A stretch of DNA of 64,000 nucleotides from Pirellulales bacterium (GTDB taxonomy: Bacteria > Planctomycetota > Planctomycetia > Pirellulales > UBA1268): assembly GCA_965249545.1 (NCBI GenBank), contig CBDFMH010000005.1, positions 1,223,116 through 1,287,115 on the forward strand, in the 5' to 3' direction. This document shows, in pieces, positions 1 to 8,543 of this stretch. The notes beneath the pieces are model-generated. The model was not told the origin of the DNA and searched no databases. It was given only the letters and a program-made list of their open reading frames with translations. The number at the start of each line of letters is the position of its first letter. The first letter of the stretch is position 1. The translations under genes and the position numbers were made by a program.

Positions 1-1272
1 GTCCAAAGAGGGTGCTGAAGGTTGAACAGCAAAGTTTTCATTCGCTACAACTCGTGGTCGAAATGAAGCGAGTAGACCACGAGGCGAAGCAAGGATAAGA
101 CGCTCAGAGGACCTGTTGGTGACAGGAATAGTGAATGGGCCTGGGCAAAGCCATGCGTCCTCTATCCCATCTCTCAGACGAATCGCAGTGATTCTATTTT
201 GCGTGTCGTAACACCATAGATGACTTCCGATACATGCTAGAAATTCAGCCTGCAAGGCCGTTTTCCACAGTCGTTCTCCAGTACTGGACTGGTGGGCAGC
301 AATGCCTTCTTCACCGAGGGAAACAAGGAGTATTTCGTCGTGAACCATGAGCTGCGGCCGCTTCTGATTTGGATGAAGACTTGTTTCCAGCAGGAATCGC
401 CATGTGAGTCGAAGGCCTCCAGAGGCATCTTCGAAACGTACTAATTCTCCTTTCTCTGTTGCAGCAAAAGCAACGGCGCCCTGAACTGCGACAGGCCCAT
501 TTGGATTGTCTCGAAGGAAGAATTCATGTCGTTCCCAGCCTTTTTCTGCAGGCTCTATTGCCGTAAGGCGTCCATTTTCTGTGCACCAAATGACACCATC
601 TCCAAATTGTAGAGGTTGCTGTTCGATGAGACCGTGTGCTTTTATGCGAACAGGATCGAGGTTCGCTTGGCTCGAAGAGTTTTTACTCGAATCGCCACCT
701 TCTTCTTTGTCTGAACTGTTTTGGTTGCGATAAGGATTCACAGGAAGGCGATACATAGTTTTGTCCCAAAGCGGAACATAGACCCAGTCACCAACTGGAA
801 AGCTTCCCGATGAAGGCGGGGAAGGTAGTCTTCGCTTCCAGAAAATGGAGCCAGTGCGGCTATCAATTCCAAAGGTATTCATGTCCCTGTTGATCGTGAC
901 AAGATCACGATCTATTCCCGCAGCTTGGAGGCTATCTTTTGGTAGGCCAAGAGGGGTTGACCAAAGTAGAATTCCCGGAGGTGGTTTACCTGCTTCAGTC
1001 GTTTCACCACTGCCCGCACGAACCGCGTGGACAAGACCATCCTCTGACTGAGCAACAACCATCCAGCGCCCCACATCGATCTGGTTCAGTCGATATCGAT
1101 CAGAGTCGAATGGAAGTTGAACAATCCATTCACGAGTGAGCCCGACACGATCAGCCTCAAAGGGATCAGCCGCAGTTCCGTATAGACTCTCGGCGTATGC
1201 ATTGGACACGGAAAGAGTGTTCAATAACACAATGAGCAAAAGCCATGTTTGTACTCTGTTTAACTGAAGCAT
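1..1272 (-). CDS. secreted beta-propeller-like (PQQ/BamB-like repeat) protein; C-terminus lies beyond the left window edge
   Basis: ATG at 1272 (cat at 1270-1272). My hand translation stays open for 424 codons to position 1, and the lack of an in-window stop explains why it is absent from the ORF track. The N-terminus MLQLNRVQTWLLLIVLLNTLSVSNAYA looks like a signal peptide. The body has strand-rich G..W / 'GSIFWKRRL' / 'GERLWKTAL' segments typical of PQQ-like propellers. The family call is weak. Confidence 0.55.
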   Translation of the reverse strand, partial: MLQLNRVQTWLLLIVLLNTLSVSNAYAESLYGTAADPFEADRVGLTREWIVQLPFDSDRYRLNQIDVGRWMVVAQSEDGLVHAVRAGSGETTEAGKPPPGILLWSTPLGLPKDSLQAAGIDRDLVTINRDMNTFGIDSRTGSIFWKRRLPSPPSSGSFPVGDWVYVPLWDKTMYRLPVNPYRNQNSSDKEEGGDSSKNSSSQANLDPVRIKAHGLIEQQPLQFGDGVIWCTENGRLTAIEPAEKGWERHEFFLRDNPNGPVAVQGAVAFAATEKGELVRFEDASGGLRLTWRFLLETSLHPNQKRPQLMVHDEILLVSLGEEGIAAHQSSTGERLWKTALQAEFLACIGSHLWCYDTQNRITAIRLRDGIEDAWLCPGPFTIPVTNRSSERLILASPRGLLASFRPRVVANENFAVQPSAPSLD

Positions 1273-1320
1273 TTCAAACTTCTCCGTGAAGGATTATCTC
1301 CTTGGGTTGAGTTACTCTAA

Positions 1321-1342
1321 GAGTATTCATTGAGTATTCATT
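1321..1342. repeat. exact tandem duplication of the 11-mer gagtattcatt in a divergent intergenic region
   Basis: Read directly: gagtattcatt at 1321-1331 and again at 1332-1342. It lies between the minus-strand start at 1272 and the plus-strand start at 1530. Confidence 0.9.
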
Positions 1343-1529
1343 CAAGAATCACCTTTAACGGTAATTCACAGAAAAAATGATGCAAAGAGTGAGATAGAAG
1401 CCCTTTTGTTCTCTCTCAGCCGAAACAGTTGCCCCTGCTGCGTATTGATCTGTGATTGGTAGAATATGGAGGCCGATAGTGACGCGTGTTTATTGTGAGA
1501 AGACAGTCCAGTTTTGTACTTTTTGACGT

Positions 1530-4500
1530 ATGCCAAAGGTTTCCCAATCCGCTGCTGAGATGCCGAATTCATTTGCCCTTCTTCTTGGGTATCTGAATTT
1601 TTCCGCTGGTGCCTTTGATGTTTCAGCGTGGAAGTCTATCAATGATCTTTATGCGCAGTTTGAGCCAATTGATGCCAATGGTGACATTGTTGAACGGGCA
1701 GATACGGTGGATGGTGTGGCAGATGATTTACGGGAGGCCTTGAAGCGGCTGCACCAAACCGACCCGGCATTTCGTGATGTTGGTCAAGCAGAGGGTGTTC
1801 TCAGGATTGTTTTTGAGAATGTGTTGCCAGCGTATCGGGTATTTCACTCTGATCTTTTAGAACATCAGGCGATCGGGGCTATCGAACGCCCATTCTTTCT
1901 TATGGCTGTCTTCCAGGCAGTTCTTGAAACTGGTGGTCCGTGGGAAGGGCAAGATGATGTTCTTATAAAAAAGACGCTTCGTAAGATTAATGATTACATG
2001 GGTTGGCGACCCGTTGCTGTACTTGAAAATGATCAGTTATCGGAGCCGTATTCTCATGAACGGGTAAGGCCTCTTCCTATTTACAGAAGAGGCGTAGGGG
2101 CGGCTCATGGTCATTTTTCAAGACTGGTAGATCAAGCAATCCAAATTCTTGAGGAGGCTCCAAAGGAACTTTTGCAGCAGGCTGATTTTGATCTGGATTT
2201 ATTAACTGAATTGTCAGTTGACCCTCGTGCTTTTGATTTTTTGCATCCAGCAGCTAGCCGTCCAAATTATCTTTTCGGCCTCTGGGATCCGATGTGTATT
2301 GATGCAAGTGGCTACTATCGTCGCCTCGTTATCCAGCAGGCGACACTCGAAGGAATTTTATCATGGTCAGCCCAAGGCCATGCTGGCGTGCCAGTTGAAG
2401 AACTACAAAAAGAATCTGCGGCTGTCTTGGCTGGTGTCATGCTGATGGCTTCCGGACTCTCTGGTCGTGGGCCAGGTGCTGTCCAAGCTGGCCTGTCTCT
2501 GGCAGACCTTCTTCCTCGGATTGCTGCGTATCGAGATAACTTCTATCAATGGTTGATCACTCGACTTCCTGACGATCATCGTCATCGCCTCGAAAAAGAA
2601 GCACAAAGTCTCCAGCAGCCATTCGGGGGCGTGCGCAGACATATCAATATGCTTCTTGCCGATCGACGCGCGCGGCAAGTTGGGAGTGTGACTCTGGCAT
2701 CGGTTCTTGCCCGTCTTGGACGAATAGATGCGGCCGAGCGTTTGGTGGGTCTTGTGCCGGCAGCAAGTGCACGAATGCTTGCGAGGATCACAAGCCGTAT
2801 TGTTATCGCTCAGGGACTTTCTCGTCGTGGTGATGAAGATTCTCTCGAAAGGGCGGTCGACACCCTCAGCGAAGCCAAAGATCTGCTCCTGCGAGGGATT
2901 GATTGTGGGGCATTGGTTGATCCATGGAATATTCTTGGTTTTGCGGGGCAGTTCCCGCTGCATGAACCAGGTGGCGAGGCACTGCCAGATTCACGCGTGG
3001 ATGACCTGATTGGGAGTGTCGGTAATTTGCTTGAATGTGCTTGTTTGGTTTGGCAGCGATCGTGCCTCGATTCGAATAAAAAGATTTCAGATCAGGCCAG
3101 TGGTTTGGTTGAAGAGTTGGCATCGTGGTGGGATCAATATGCAACAACCTCAGTTGGTGGCATAACCCATCTGTCCGGCCTTGAAATGTTGCAATCTGCC
3201 CGAGAAGTTGTTGCGGTTTTGGAAGAACGACGAGCAACTGCTCCTGTTCCACTGTCTCCCGTATTCTGGCGAGACGCAGTTGCTGATTTTTCATCTGCAA
3301 GAACACACGCAGCTGCAGCCGATGCCCTGCTGCAAGAGAAGGACTTTGACGCGGCAATGGGATTACTCGTGCATTGGATAACGCTGCTTGAGGGAGAAGA
3401 AATTGATCACTCCGGAAACTCATGGCTGGTAGCAGCCCATCGATGGCTTCGATCTGCCCTTACTGATCTCAGCGATTCAGGCTGTGTTCGTATACGCCGT
3501 TTCCTTGAATTAGTTGAAGCGAATACGGCTGGACTTACTGAAATGATTGATATCGCTGCTTCAGGCCAAGATCCCCTGAGTCGAAATAAGTCAGAGAATC
3601 CAGTGTCGGATGAAACGGATGACGATCAGATCGGTGCAGATGAAAGTGTTGCCTCGGCCTATGAGTCCATGGTGTGGCAGGACTCGGCAGATGATGGAAC
3701 AGATGGCGGAATGCTTGACGTTGATCTTCCTGCCGGTGCTACAAACCCTGTGGTGGCGGTAGAAGAAGCGGCTGATTTTTTAACGGGCGTCATTGTGATG
3801 CTGCGACAAACCGTTGTCACAGGTTGTCTTGATGCAGCGGCTGGTCGTATTCAAACAGCAACGGCTGAGATCGATTCCTTTGTGGGTTGGCGACAGACGT
3901 TAAGACGTCTGCGTCGGGCGATGGTGCGTGCAGCAATGCATATTATTGCTCGAGATCAGGAGCAGCCTCTTGGAATGACGGCTGTAGAGTTTGATCGTCT
4001 TCGTTGGCAGCGTGATATAGCGGCAGAAAGACTTCTTGAGGCAGCTCTCCAAACTGGGGAAACAATCTGGATGCTATCAGCCAGAATTGCAATCGCTCAG
4101 GGTGTTGTGCAAAAAACATCACTTCCTTCCGAGGATGTAAAACAAGATCCTTCGAAGAAGATTCCAAAACCAGCAGTTGGAAAGCTGTTGGCCGCTGTGT
4201 TTATGGATGACCAACAAATGATCCGTCAGCAGATGGAATGTATTCGGTACCATCTACGTGGCAAGACAGTGCTTTATGTGCCACTGTCGCGAGGTGGTCG
4301 GGCAGACCGTGTATTTGCAGCAAGGATGCGAGAGCGACTTCTAGAAAGGCTCGTTGCCGTTTTGCCCCGCCGAGGCCTTGTCGAGGAAACGATAGGTCTC
4401 GTCCGTCTCGCAAAAAAGCTTGAAAGTCGGCGACCACCTGGAGCAGCAAGTGTCAGTGAATTTGATAGGGTTTTCGAATCTGCGACGACCGCACTTGTAG

Positions 4501-5615
4501 GCCGAATAGTAGCAAGTGCTCCAATAGCTGGGCCTGGTGAGTCGGAACCATCTGGTGTCGTGACAACACAACGAATTTTAGATGGACTGGCTATTCTTAT
4601 TCCAAAATTATTAGAGACGTGGACTACTCATGCTCGGCAGCTTCGACTTTCTGTACTGGAAAGAGTCCGAGATGATAAAGCGTTTCATATCATCAAAGAA
4701 TTTATTGAGCGTTATGGTGCAGGACTCTTCACGCAGCATCTCCTCACGCCACCATCGTTGCGAAGTGTACTTCGTGGTGGCGTTCGTCCGTTTCTTGAGC
4801 ATCTTATTGAACAAAATGCTTCTGGAGCAGATTGGCGGAACTCTGATTCAGATGATGAATACAACAAGACTCATCCCGACAAGTTAATAGATGCAATTAA
4901 CGCTGGTGAGATTTCACTTAAACAAGCGACAAGTCGACTACGACTTGTCCTTGAGAGTGTTGCCGAGAATCATTCAGAATATAGAGATTGGAATTCGACC
5001 ACAACACAATCTGATCGTGGTGACTACCTTTATGTGTTTCTTGAGTTTCTTCGGATTAAGGCAGAGTACGAAAGAATTGTCTGGACACTTCGTCCAGTAA
5101 GTATGGCCCATCGGGTGCTCGTGCGGAGCGGTGCGGCTGAGGCTGCATCTGCTTGGAGGCAACGAATGGAGGAAGAAACAGCAGGAACGGCAAATGATCT
5201 GATTGAGCGTCTTTCATCGCTCCAGCAAAAAACAGGCATTCGGTTGGCCAGTGTTGCTGATCGAGTGCAACGACCTTTCACAGCGATGCTCGAGCAGGAT
5301 GAACTTGAATCACTTGTTGAGCCAGCCGTTCGAGAACTTCTTGCTGGTGAGCCTCAGGGTGCTGGGACTCAACTTGAGATACATGCCGAAGAATTTCTTG
5401 GTGTGGCAACTGGCGCAGGAGTTGAAGTGCCGGATTGGCTTGATCACTTGAGCGCAACAGTCGATCGAGTGCTTGAGGAAGCAGAAACAGGAGGATTGGC
5501 ACCAGATGATAAACGACAAGTGATGCCATCATCACTTGCTGAGCCTTTGTGCTGGAGTCGATTGCCTTGGCCGCAACTTCTAGATGCAGTTTCCAAGAAG
5601 CAAGGGCGTTTATAA
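1530..5615 (+). CDS. very large (1361 aa) cytoplasmic, predominantly helical protein of unknown function
   Basis: Single uninterrupted ORF with an ATG start. I see no signal peptide, TM segment, P-loop or CxxC motif. An acidic low-complexity linker sits mid-protein ('SDETDDDQIGADES...DSADDGTDGGMLDVD'). The stop TAA (5613-5615) overlaps the next ATG (5615-5617). I do not recognise the family. Confidence 0.8.
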   Translation: MPKVSQSAAEMPNSFALLLGYLNFSAGAFDVSAWKSINDLYAQFEPIDANGDIVERADTVDGVADDLREALKRLHQTDPAFRDVGQAEGVLRIVFENVLPAYRVFHSDLLEHQAIGAIERPFFLMAVFQAVLETGGPWEGQDDVLIKKTLRKINDYMGWRPVAVLENDQLSEPYSHERVRPLPIYRRGVGAAHGHFSRLVDQAIQILEEAPKELLQQADFDLDLLTELSVDPRAFDFLHPAASRPNYLFGLWDPMCIDASGYYRRLVIQQATLEGILSWSAQGHAGVPVEELQKESAAVLAGVMLMASGLSGRGPGAVQAGLSLADLLPRIAAYRDNFYQWLITRLPDDHRHRLEKEAQSLQQPFGGVRRHINMLLADRRARQVGSVTLASVLARLGRIDAAERLVGLVPAASARMLARITSRIVIAQGLSRRGDEDSLERAVDTLSEAKDLLLRGIDCGALVDPWNILGFAGQFPLHEPGGEALPDSRVDDLIGSVGNLLECACLVWQRSCLDSNKKISDQASGLVEELASWWDQYATTSVGGITHLSGLEMLQSAREVVAVLEERRATAPVPLSPVFWRDAVADFSSARTHAAAADALLQEKDFDAAMGLLVHWITLLEGEEIDHSGNSWLVAAHRWLRSALTDLSDSGCVRIRRFLELVEANTAGLTEMIDIAASGQDPLSRNKSENPVSDETDDDQIGADESVASAYESMVWQDSADDGTDGGMLDVDLPAGATNPVVAVEEAADFLTGVIVMLRQTVVTGCLDAAAGRIQTATAEIDSFVGWRQTLRRLRRAMVRAAMHIIARDQEQPLGMTAVEFDRLRWQRDIAAERLLEAALQTGETIWMLSARIAIAQGVVQKTSLPSEDVKQDPSKKIPKPAVGKLLAAVFMDDQQMIRQQMECIRYHLRGKTVLYVPLSRGGRADRVFAARMRERLLERLVAVLPRRGLVEETIGLVRLAKKLESRRPPGAASVSEFDRVFESATTALVGRIVASAPIAGPGESEPSGVVTTQRILDGLAILIPKLLETWTTHARQLRLSVLERVRDDKAFHIIKEFIERYGAGLFTQHLLTPPSLRSVLRGGVRPFLEHLIEQNASGADWRNSDSDDEYNKTHPDKLIDAINAGEISLKQATSRLRLVLESVAENHSEYRDWNSTTTQSDRGDYLYVFLEFLRIKAEYERIVWTLRPVSMAHRVLVRSGAAEAASAWRQRMEEETAGTANDLIERLSSLQQKTGIRLASVADRVQRPFTAMLEQDELESLVEPAVRELLAGEPQGAGTQLEIHAEEFLGVATGAGVEVPDWLDHLSATVDRVLEEAETGGLAPDDKRQVMPSSLAEPLCWSRLPWPQLLDAVSKKQGRL

Positions 5616-6400
5616 TGGCGTCATTCAGTGAGAAGCCTCGCCAGGATCCAAGTGCAAATCAGCGAACGTTGAGTGTGTGGCTTGCAGGACGTCTCCAGCA
5701 AGAGGCCTATCAAAGCATGGCCGAGCGGATTGCTTGGGATGTTTCAGAGCCGAATGGGCGATCTCCAACACTTGTTATTTATGAGCCAACTGCAGGAATT
5801 ACGATTGGGCGGCTTGGGTCACACACTGACATTGATATTTCTTCTGATGAATTGGCAAGTAAAGGTATTGCAGTACGTTTTGTCGGTCGTGGTGGTGGTG
5901 CCGTGCTCCACGGGCCTGGGCAGGTTGGCATTGCCCTATTTGCTCCCCTGAGCAAACTTGGTCTTTCATCGTATGACGTTGGTGGTTTTCTCGAACGATT
6001 TGAATTTGGTCTCGAATCAGCTATTCAAAGCCTCCGGTGTTCGACGGCTCGTGACTCACGTCAGCCAGGAATCTTTGGTCGCTCAGGGCTGGTCGCTGCG
6101 GTAAGTTTTGCGATTCGCCGGGGAGTTGTTTGGCATGGCGGTTTTGTAAATGTTTGCCCAGATTTGGGGCTTTATCGCCGGATTGATACCGTGCCTGTCG
6201 CCACAGGGATCAAGAAGCGTACGATGGGATCAGTTCAGGCGGAAATCCGTCGTAAGGTACGCTTGCAAGATGCACGCACCGCGATTGTTCGGTCACTGGC
6301 AGATGCATTTGGGTGTGGAGATGTCTCCATCCAATCTGGTGTACCAATTTTTCAAAACACTGAAACACGAACGCATATTCGAACAAATAAGAGTGCCTGA
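5615..6400 (+). CDS. LipB-family (octanoyltransferase fold, BPL_LplA_LipB superfamily) protein with non-canonical active-site residues
   Basis: 'GRGGGAVLHGPGQ' matches the LipB 'RGG..TYHGPGQ' core. 'AIRRGVVWHGGFVNVCPDL' matches '[19 protein letters not shown]' of E. coli LipB. I chose the ATG at 5615 (TAATG overlap with the upstream gene) over the track start at 5549. The gene lies immediately upstream of lipA. Confidence 0.8.
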   Translation: MASFSEKPRQDPSANQRTLSVWLAGRLQQEAYQSMAERIAWDVSEPNGRSPTLVIYEPTAGITIGRLGSHTDIDISSDELASKGIAVRFVGRGGGAVLHGPGQVGIALFAPLSKLGLSSYDVGGFLERFEFGLESAIQSLRCSTARDSRQPGIFGRSGLVAAVSFAIRRGVVWHGGFVNVCPDLGLYRRIDTVPVATGIKKRTMGSVQAEIRRKVRLQDARTAIVRSLADAFGCGDVSIQSGVPIFQNTETRTHIRTNKSA

Positions 6401-6428
6401 GGATTTATCCGTGTCGAAGAATGAAATA

Positions 6429-7376
6429 ATGTCAACGAGTACTGCAAGTCTGCTACCAATACTCAACGAGCAAACGTCCACAGAGCAATCTGGTTGTTCA
6501 ACTTCTCACGAGCCCTCGATGCTTGTGTCACGGCGGCTTCCGCCGTGGCTACGTCAGAATCTTGGAGAGGGAGGTGGGCACGGAGAAACAGCTGGGTTGA
6601 TTGCTGAACTTGAATTGGAAACAGTTTGCTCATCCGCGAAGTGTCCCAATCGTTTGGAATGTTGGTCTTCAGGGACGGCAACATTCATGATTCTTGGCAA
6701 TGTATGCACACGTCCATGTGGATTTTGCTCAGTGCCAAAGGGAAAAACAGAAGAGCTTGAAGATGATGAACCAGAACGTGTCGCTGAGGCAGCGAGACGT
6801 CTTGGGTTGAAGCATGTGGTCATTACAAGTGTCACACGCGATGATTTGCCTGATGGCGGTGCAGAGCATTTTCGGAGAACTGTTGAGGCAGTCAGGCAGG
6901 CAACTGGGGCATCAATCGAAGTGCTGGTCCCTGATTTTATTGGCAAATCGGGTGCCCTAGAGCAACTGCTCAAGAGTCGTCCTGATGTCTTTAACCATAA
7001 CACTGAAACAGTACCGCGACTCTACAGGCAAGTCCGTGGGCGTAAAAGCGTGTATGAGTGGACCCTCAAGTTACTCGCGGATACAAAAAAAATCATGCCG
7101 GGTACGAAAACCAAGAGTGGGTTGATGCTTGGACTTGGAGAAACACGAGAGGAATTGCTTCAGGTGTTCACTGATTTATTAAATCACGACGTTGACTTCC
7201 TGACGCTTGGTCAATATCTACAGCCAACACTCGACAGTCTTCCGGTTGATCGATATGTCCACCCGGATGAATTTAATGAACTTGGTGAGGTTGCCCGTCG
7301 GATGGGGTTTCAGCAAGTTGCATCAGGCCCTCTTGTTCGGTCGAGTTATCATGCTCGTGAGATGGCTGAGGCCTAG
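6429..7376 (+). CDS. lipA: lipoyl synthase
   Basis: Auxiliary-cluster motif 'CSSAKCPNRLEC' (Cx4Cx5C), radical-SAM motif 'CTRPCGFC' (Cx3Cx2C) and C-terminal 'RSSYHA'. The start is the ATG at 6429 (MSTSTAS...). The longer track ORF from 6150 overlaps the lipB-like gene. Confidence 0.93.
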   Translation: MSTSTASLLPILNEQTSTEQSGCSTSHEPSMLVSRRLPPWLRQNLGEGGGHGETAGLIAELELETVCSSAKCPNRLECWSSGTATFMILGNVCTRPCGFCSVPKGKTEELEDDEPERVAEAARRLGLKHVVITSVTRDDLPDGGAEHFRRTVEAVRQATGASIEVLVPDFIGKSGALEQLLKSRPDVFNHNTETVPRLYRQVRGRKSVYEWTLKLLADTKKIMPGTKTKSGLMLGLGETREELLQVFTDLLNHDVDFLTLGQYLQPTLDSLPVDRYVHPDEFNELGEVARRMGFQQVASGPLVRSSYHAREMAEA

Positions 7377-7445
7377 GAGATGGAATGCTACACGTCGTGT
7401 ATTCAGCCCGCCTGCACTGAAAGCATGAACGCCTATCGGAATCAT

Positions 7446-8543
7446 TTATTCGTCAGTCGACTCATCTAATCCGTGCTCGAGTAGCTTCTTTCTAAGTGTA
7501 TTCCGATTAATTCCCAGTCTCGCAGCTGCTTTAAGTTGTACGCCATCGCAGGCTGCGAGCATTTGAGCGATGAGTTCTCTTTCAACACGACTGACAACCC
7601 GATCAAATAGATTTACATCACCATCTGGTGCAGACGCCATTCCCTGTTCAACAAGGTCACGTGCAAGGCTGTCGAGGTCGCCACCACGGCCAGGCATGGC
7701 AACAGCAGATTGCTCGCCACGAAATGCCGGTGGTAAAATTTTAAGTGTAAGCTCATCGCTGTCAGACATGATGACACAGCGTTCAACAACATTTTGTAGT
7801 TCACGAACGTTGCCTGGCCAATGATGTCGAGTCAGTGCTTCCATTGCAGATGAATGTATGGTCATCTTGTCCCGTGCATTGTCACGACAATAGGTTTCCA
7901 GGAAGTGGTTAACAAGCAGGGGGATGTCGGTTCGCCTTCCTCGAAGCGGTGGTAGGTATATTGGCACCACGTTGAGTCGATAATAGAGATCCTCTCGGAA
8001 TGTCTCTTTTGCAACTTCATCAAGAAGCTCTCGATTGCTCGCAGCTATCACACGAGTATCGACCTGAATGGTTTCGGTGTCCCCAACACGTTCGAATTCA
8101 CGTTCTTGTAATACGCGTAGCAGTTTCACCTGAAGTTTCGGTGTCGTTGAGTTAATTTCATCGAGGAAGATTGTTCCCGTATGGGCGGCTTCGAACCGGC
8201 CGGCGCGGTTTGCTACGGCCCCAGTAAAGGAACCGCGGACATGTCCAAATAGCTCGCTCTCTAAAAGGCTTTCTGACAGGGCTCCACAGTTTACCCGGAC
8301 AAATGGTCCACTTCCGCGTTGCGAGAGTTCGTGGATAGCACGTGCAATAAGTTCCTTGCCTGTGCCCGTTTCACCAACGAGGAGTACCGACGCAGTTGAG
8401 GCTGCCACGCGGTGGGTCATTGCGTAGACATCCTGCATGGCAGGACTTGTTCCAATGAAGCCTGCTATGGACTGTGGGTAGTCGTCAGTTGGTTTCCTGA
8501 GCATCGGCAGCCGCAGACTGTCTTGGCGGTTGGAAAAGGGCAA
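7446..8543 (-). CDS. sigma-54-dependent transcriptional activator (bEBP) with AAA+ and Fis-type HTH domains and no N-terminal sensory/receiver domain
   Basis: Walker A 'GETGTGKE', a 'GSFTGA' variant of the GAFTGA loop, 'FLDEI', 'WPGNVRELQN', and a C-terminal HTH 'AAARLGINRNTLRKKL'. Only about 15-28 residues precede the AAA+ core. Position 8543 is a TTG and the first ATG is at 8504. Either start overlaps the upstream gene's stop at 8485-8487. Confidence 0.9.
   Translation of the reverse strand: MPFSNRQDSLRLPMLRKPTDDYPQSIAGFIGTSPAMQDVYAMTHRVAASTASVLLVGETGTGKELIARAIHELSQRGSGPFVRVNCGALSESLLESELFGHVRGSFTGAVANRAGRFEAAHTGTIFLDEINSTTPKLQVKLLRVLQEREFERVGDTETIQVDTRVIAASNRELLDEVAKETFREDLYYRLNVVPIYLPPLRGRRTDIPLLVNHFLETYCRDNARDKMTIHSSAMEALTRHHWPGNVRELQNVVERCVIMSDSDELTLKILPPAFRGEQSAVAMPGRGGDLDSLARDLVEQGMASAPDGDVNLFDRVVSRVERELIAQMLAACDGVQLKAAARLGINRNTLRKKLLEHGLDESTDE

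Noticed and set aside
6150-6428. Upstream extension of the lipA ORF (track start 6150) overlapping the LipB-like gene by 250 nt.
   Set aside because: The extension has no LipA-like sequence. The ATG at 6429 gives a normal-length LipA that begins after the lipB-like stop.
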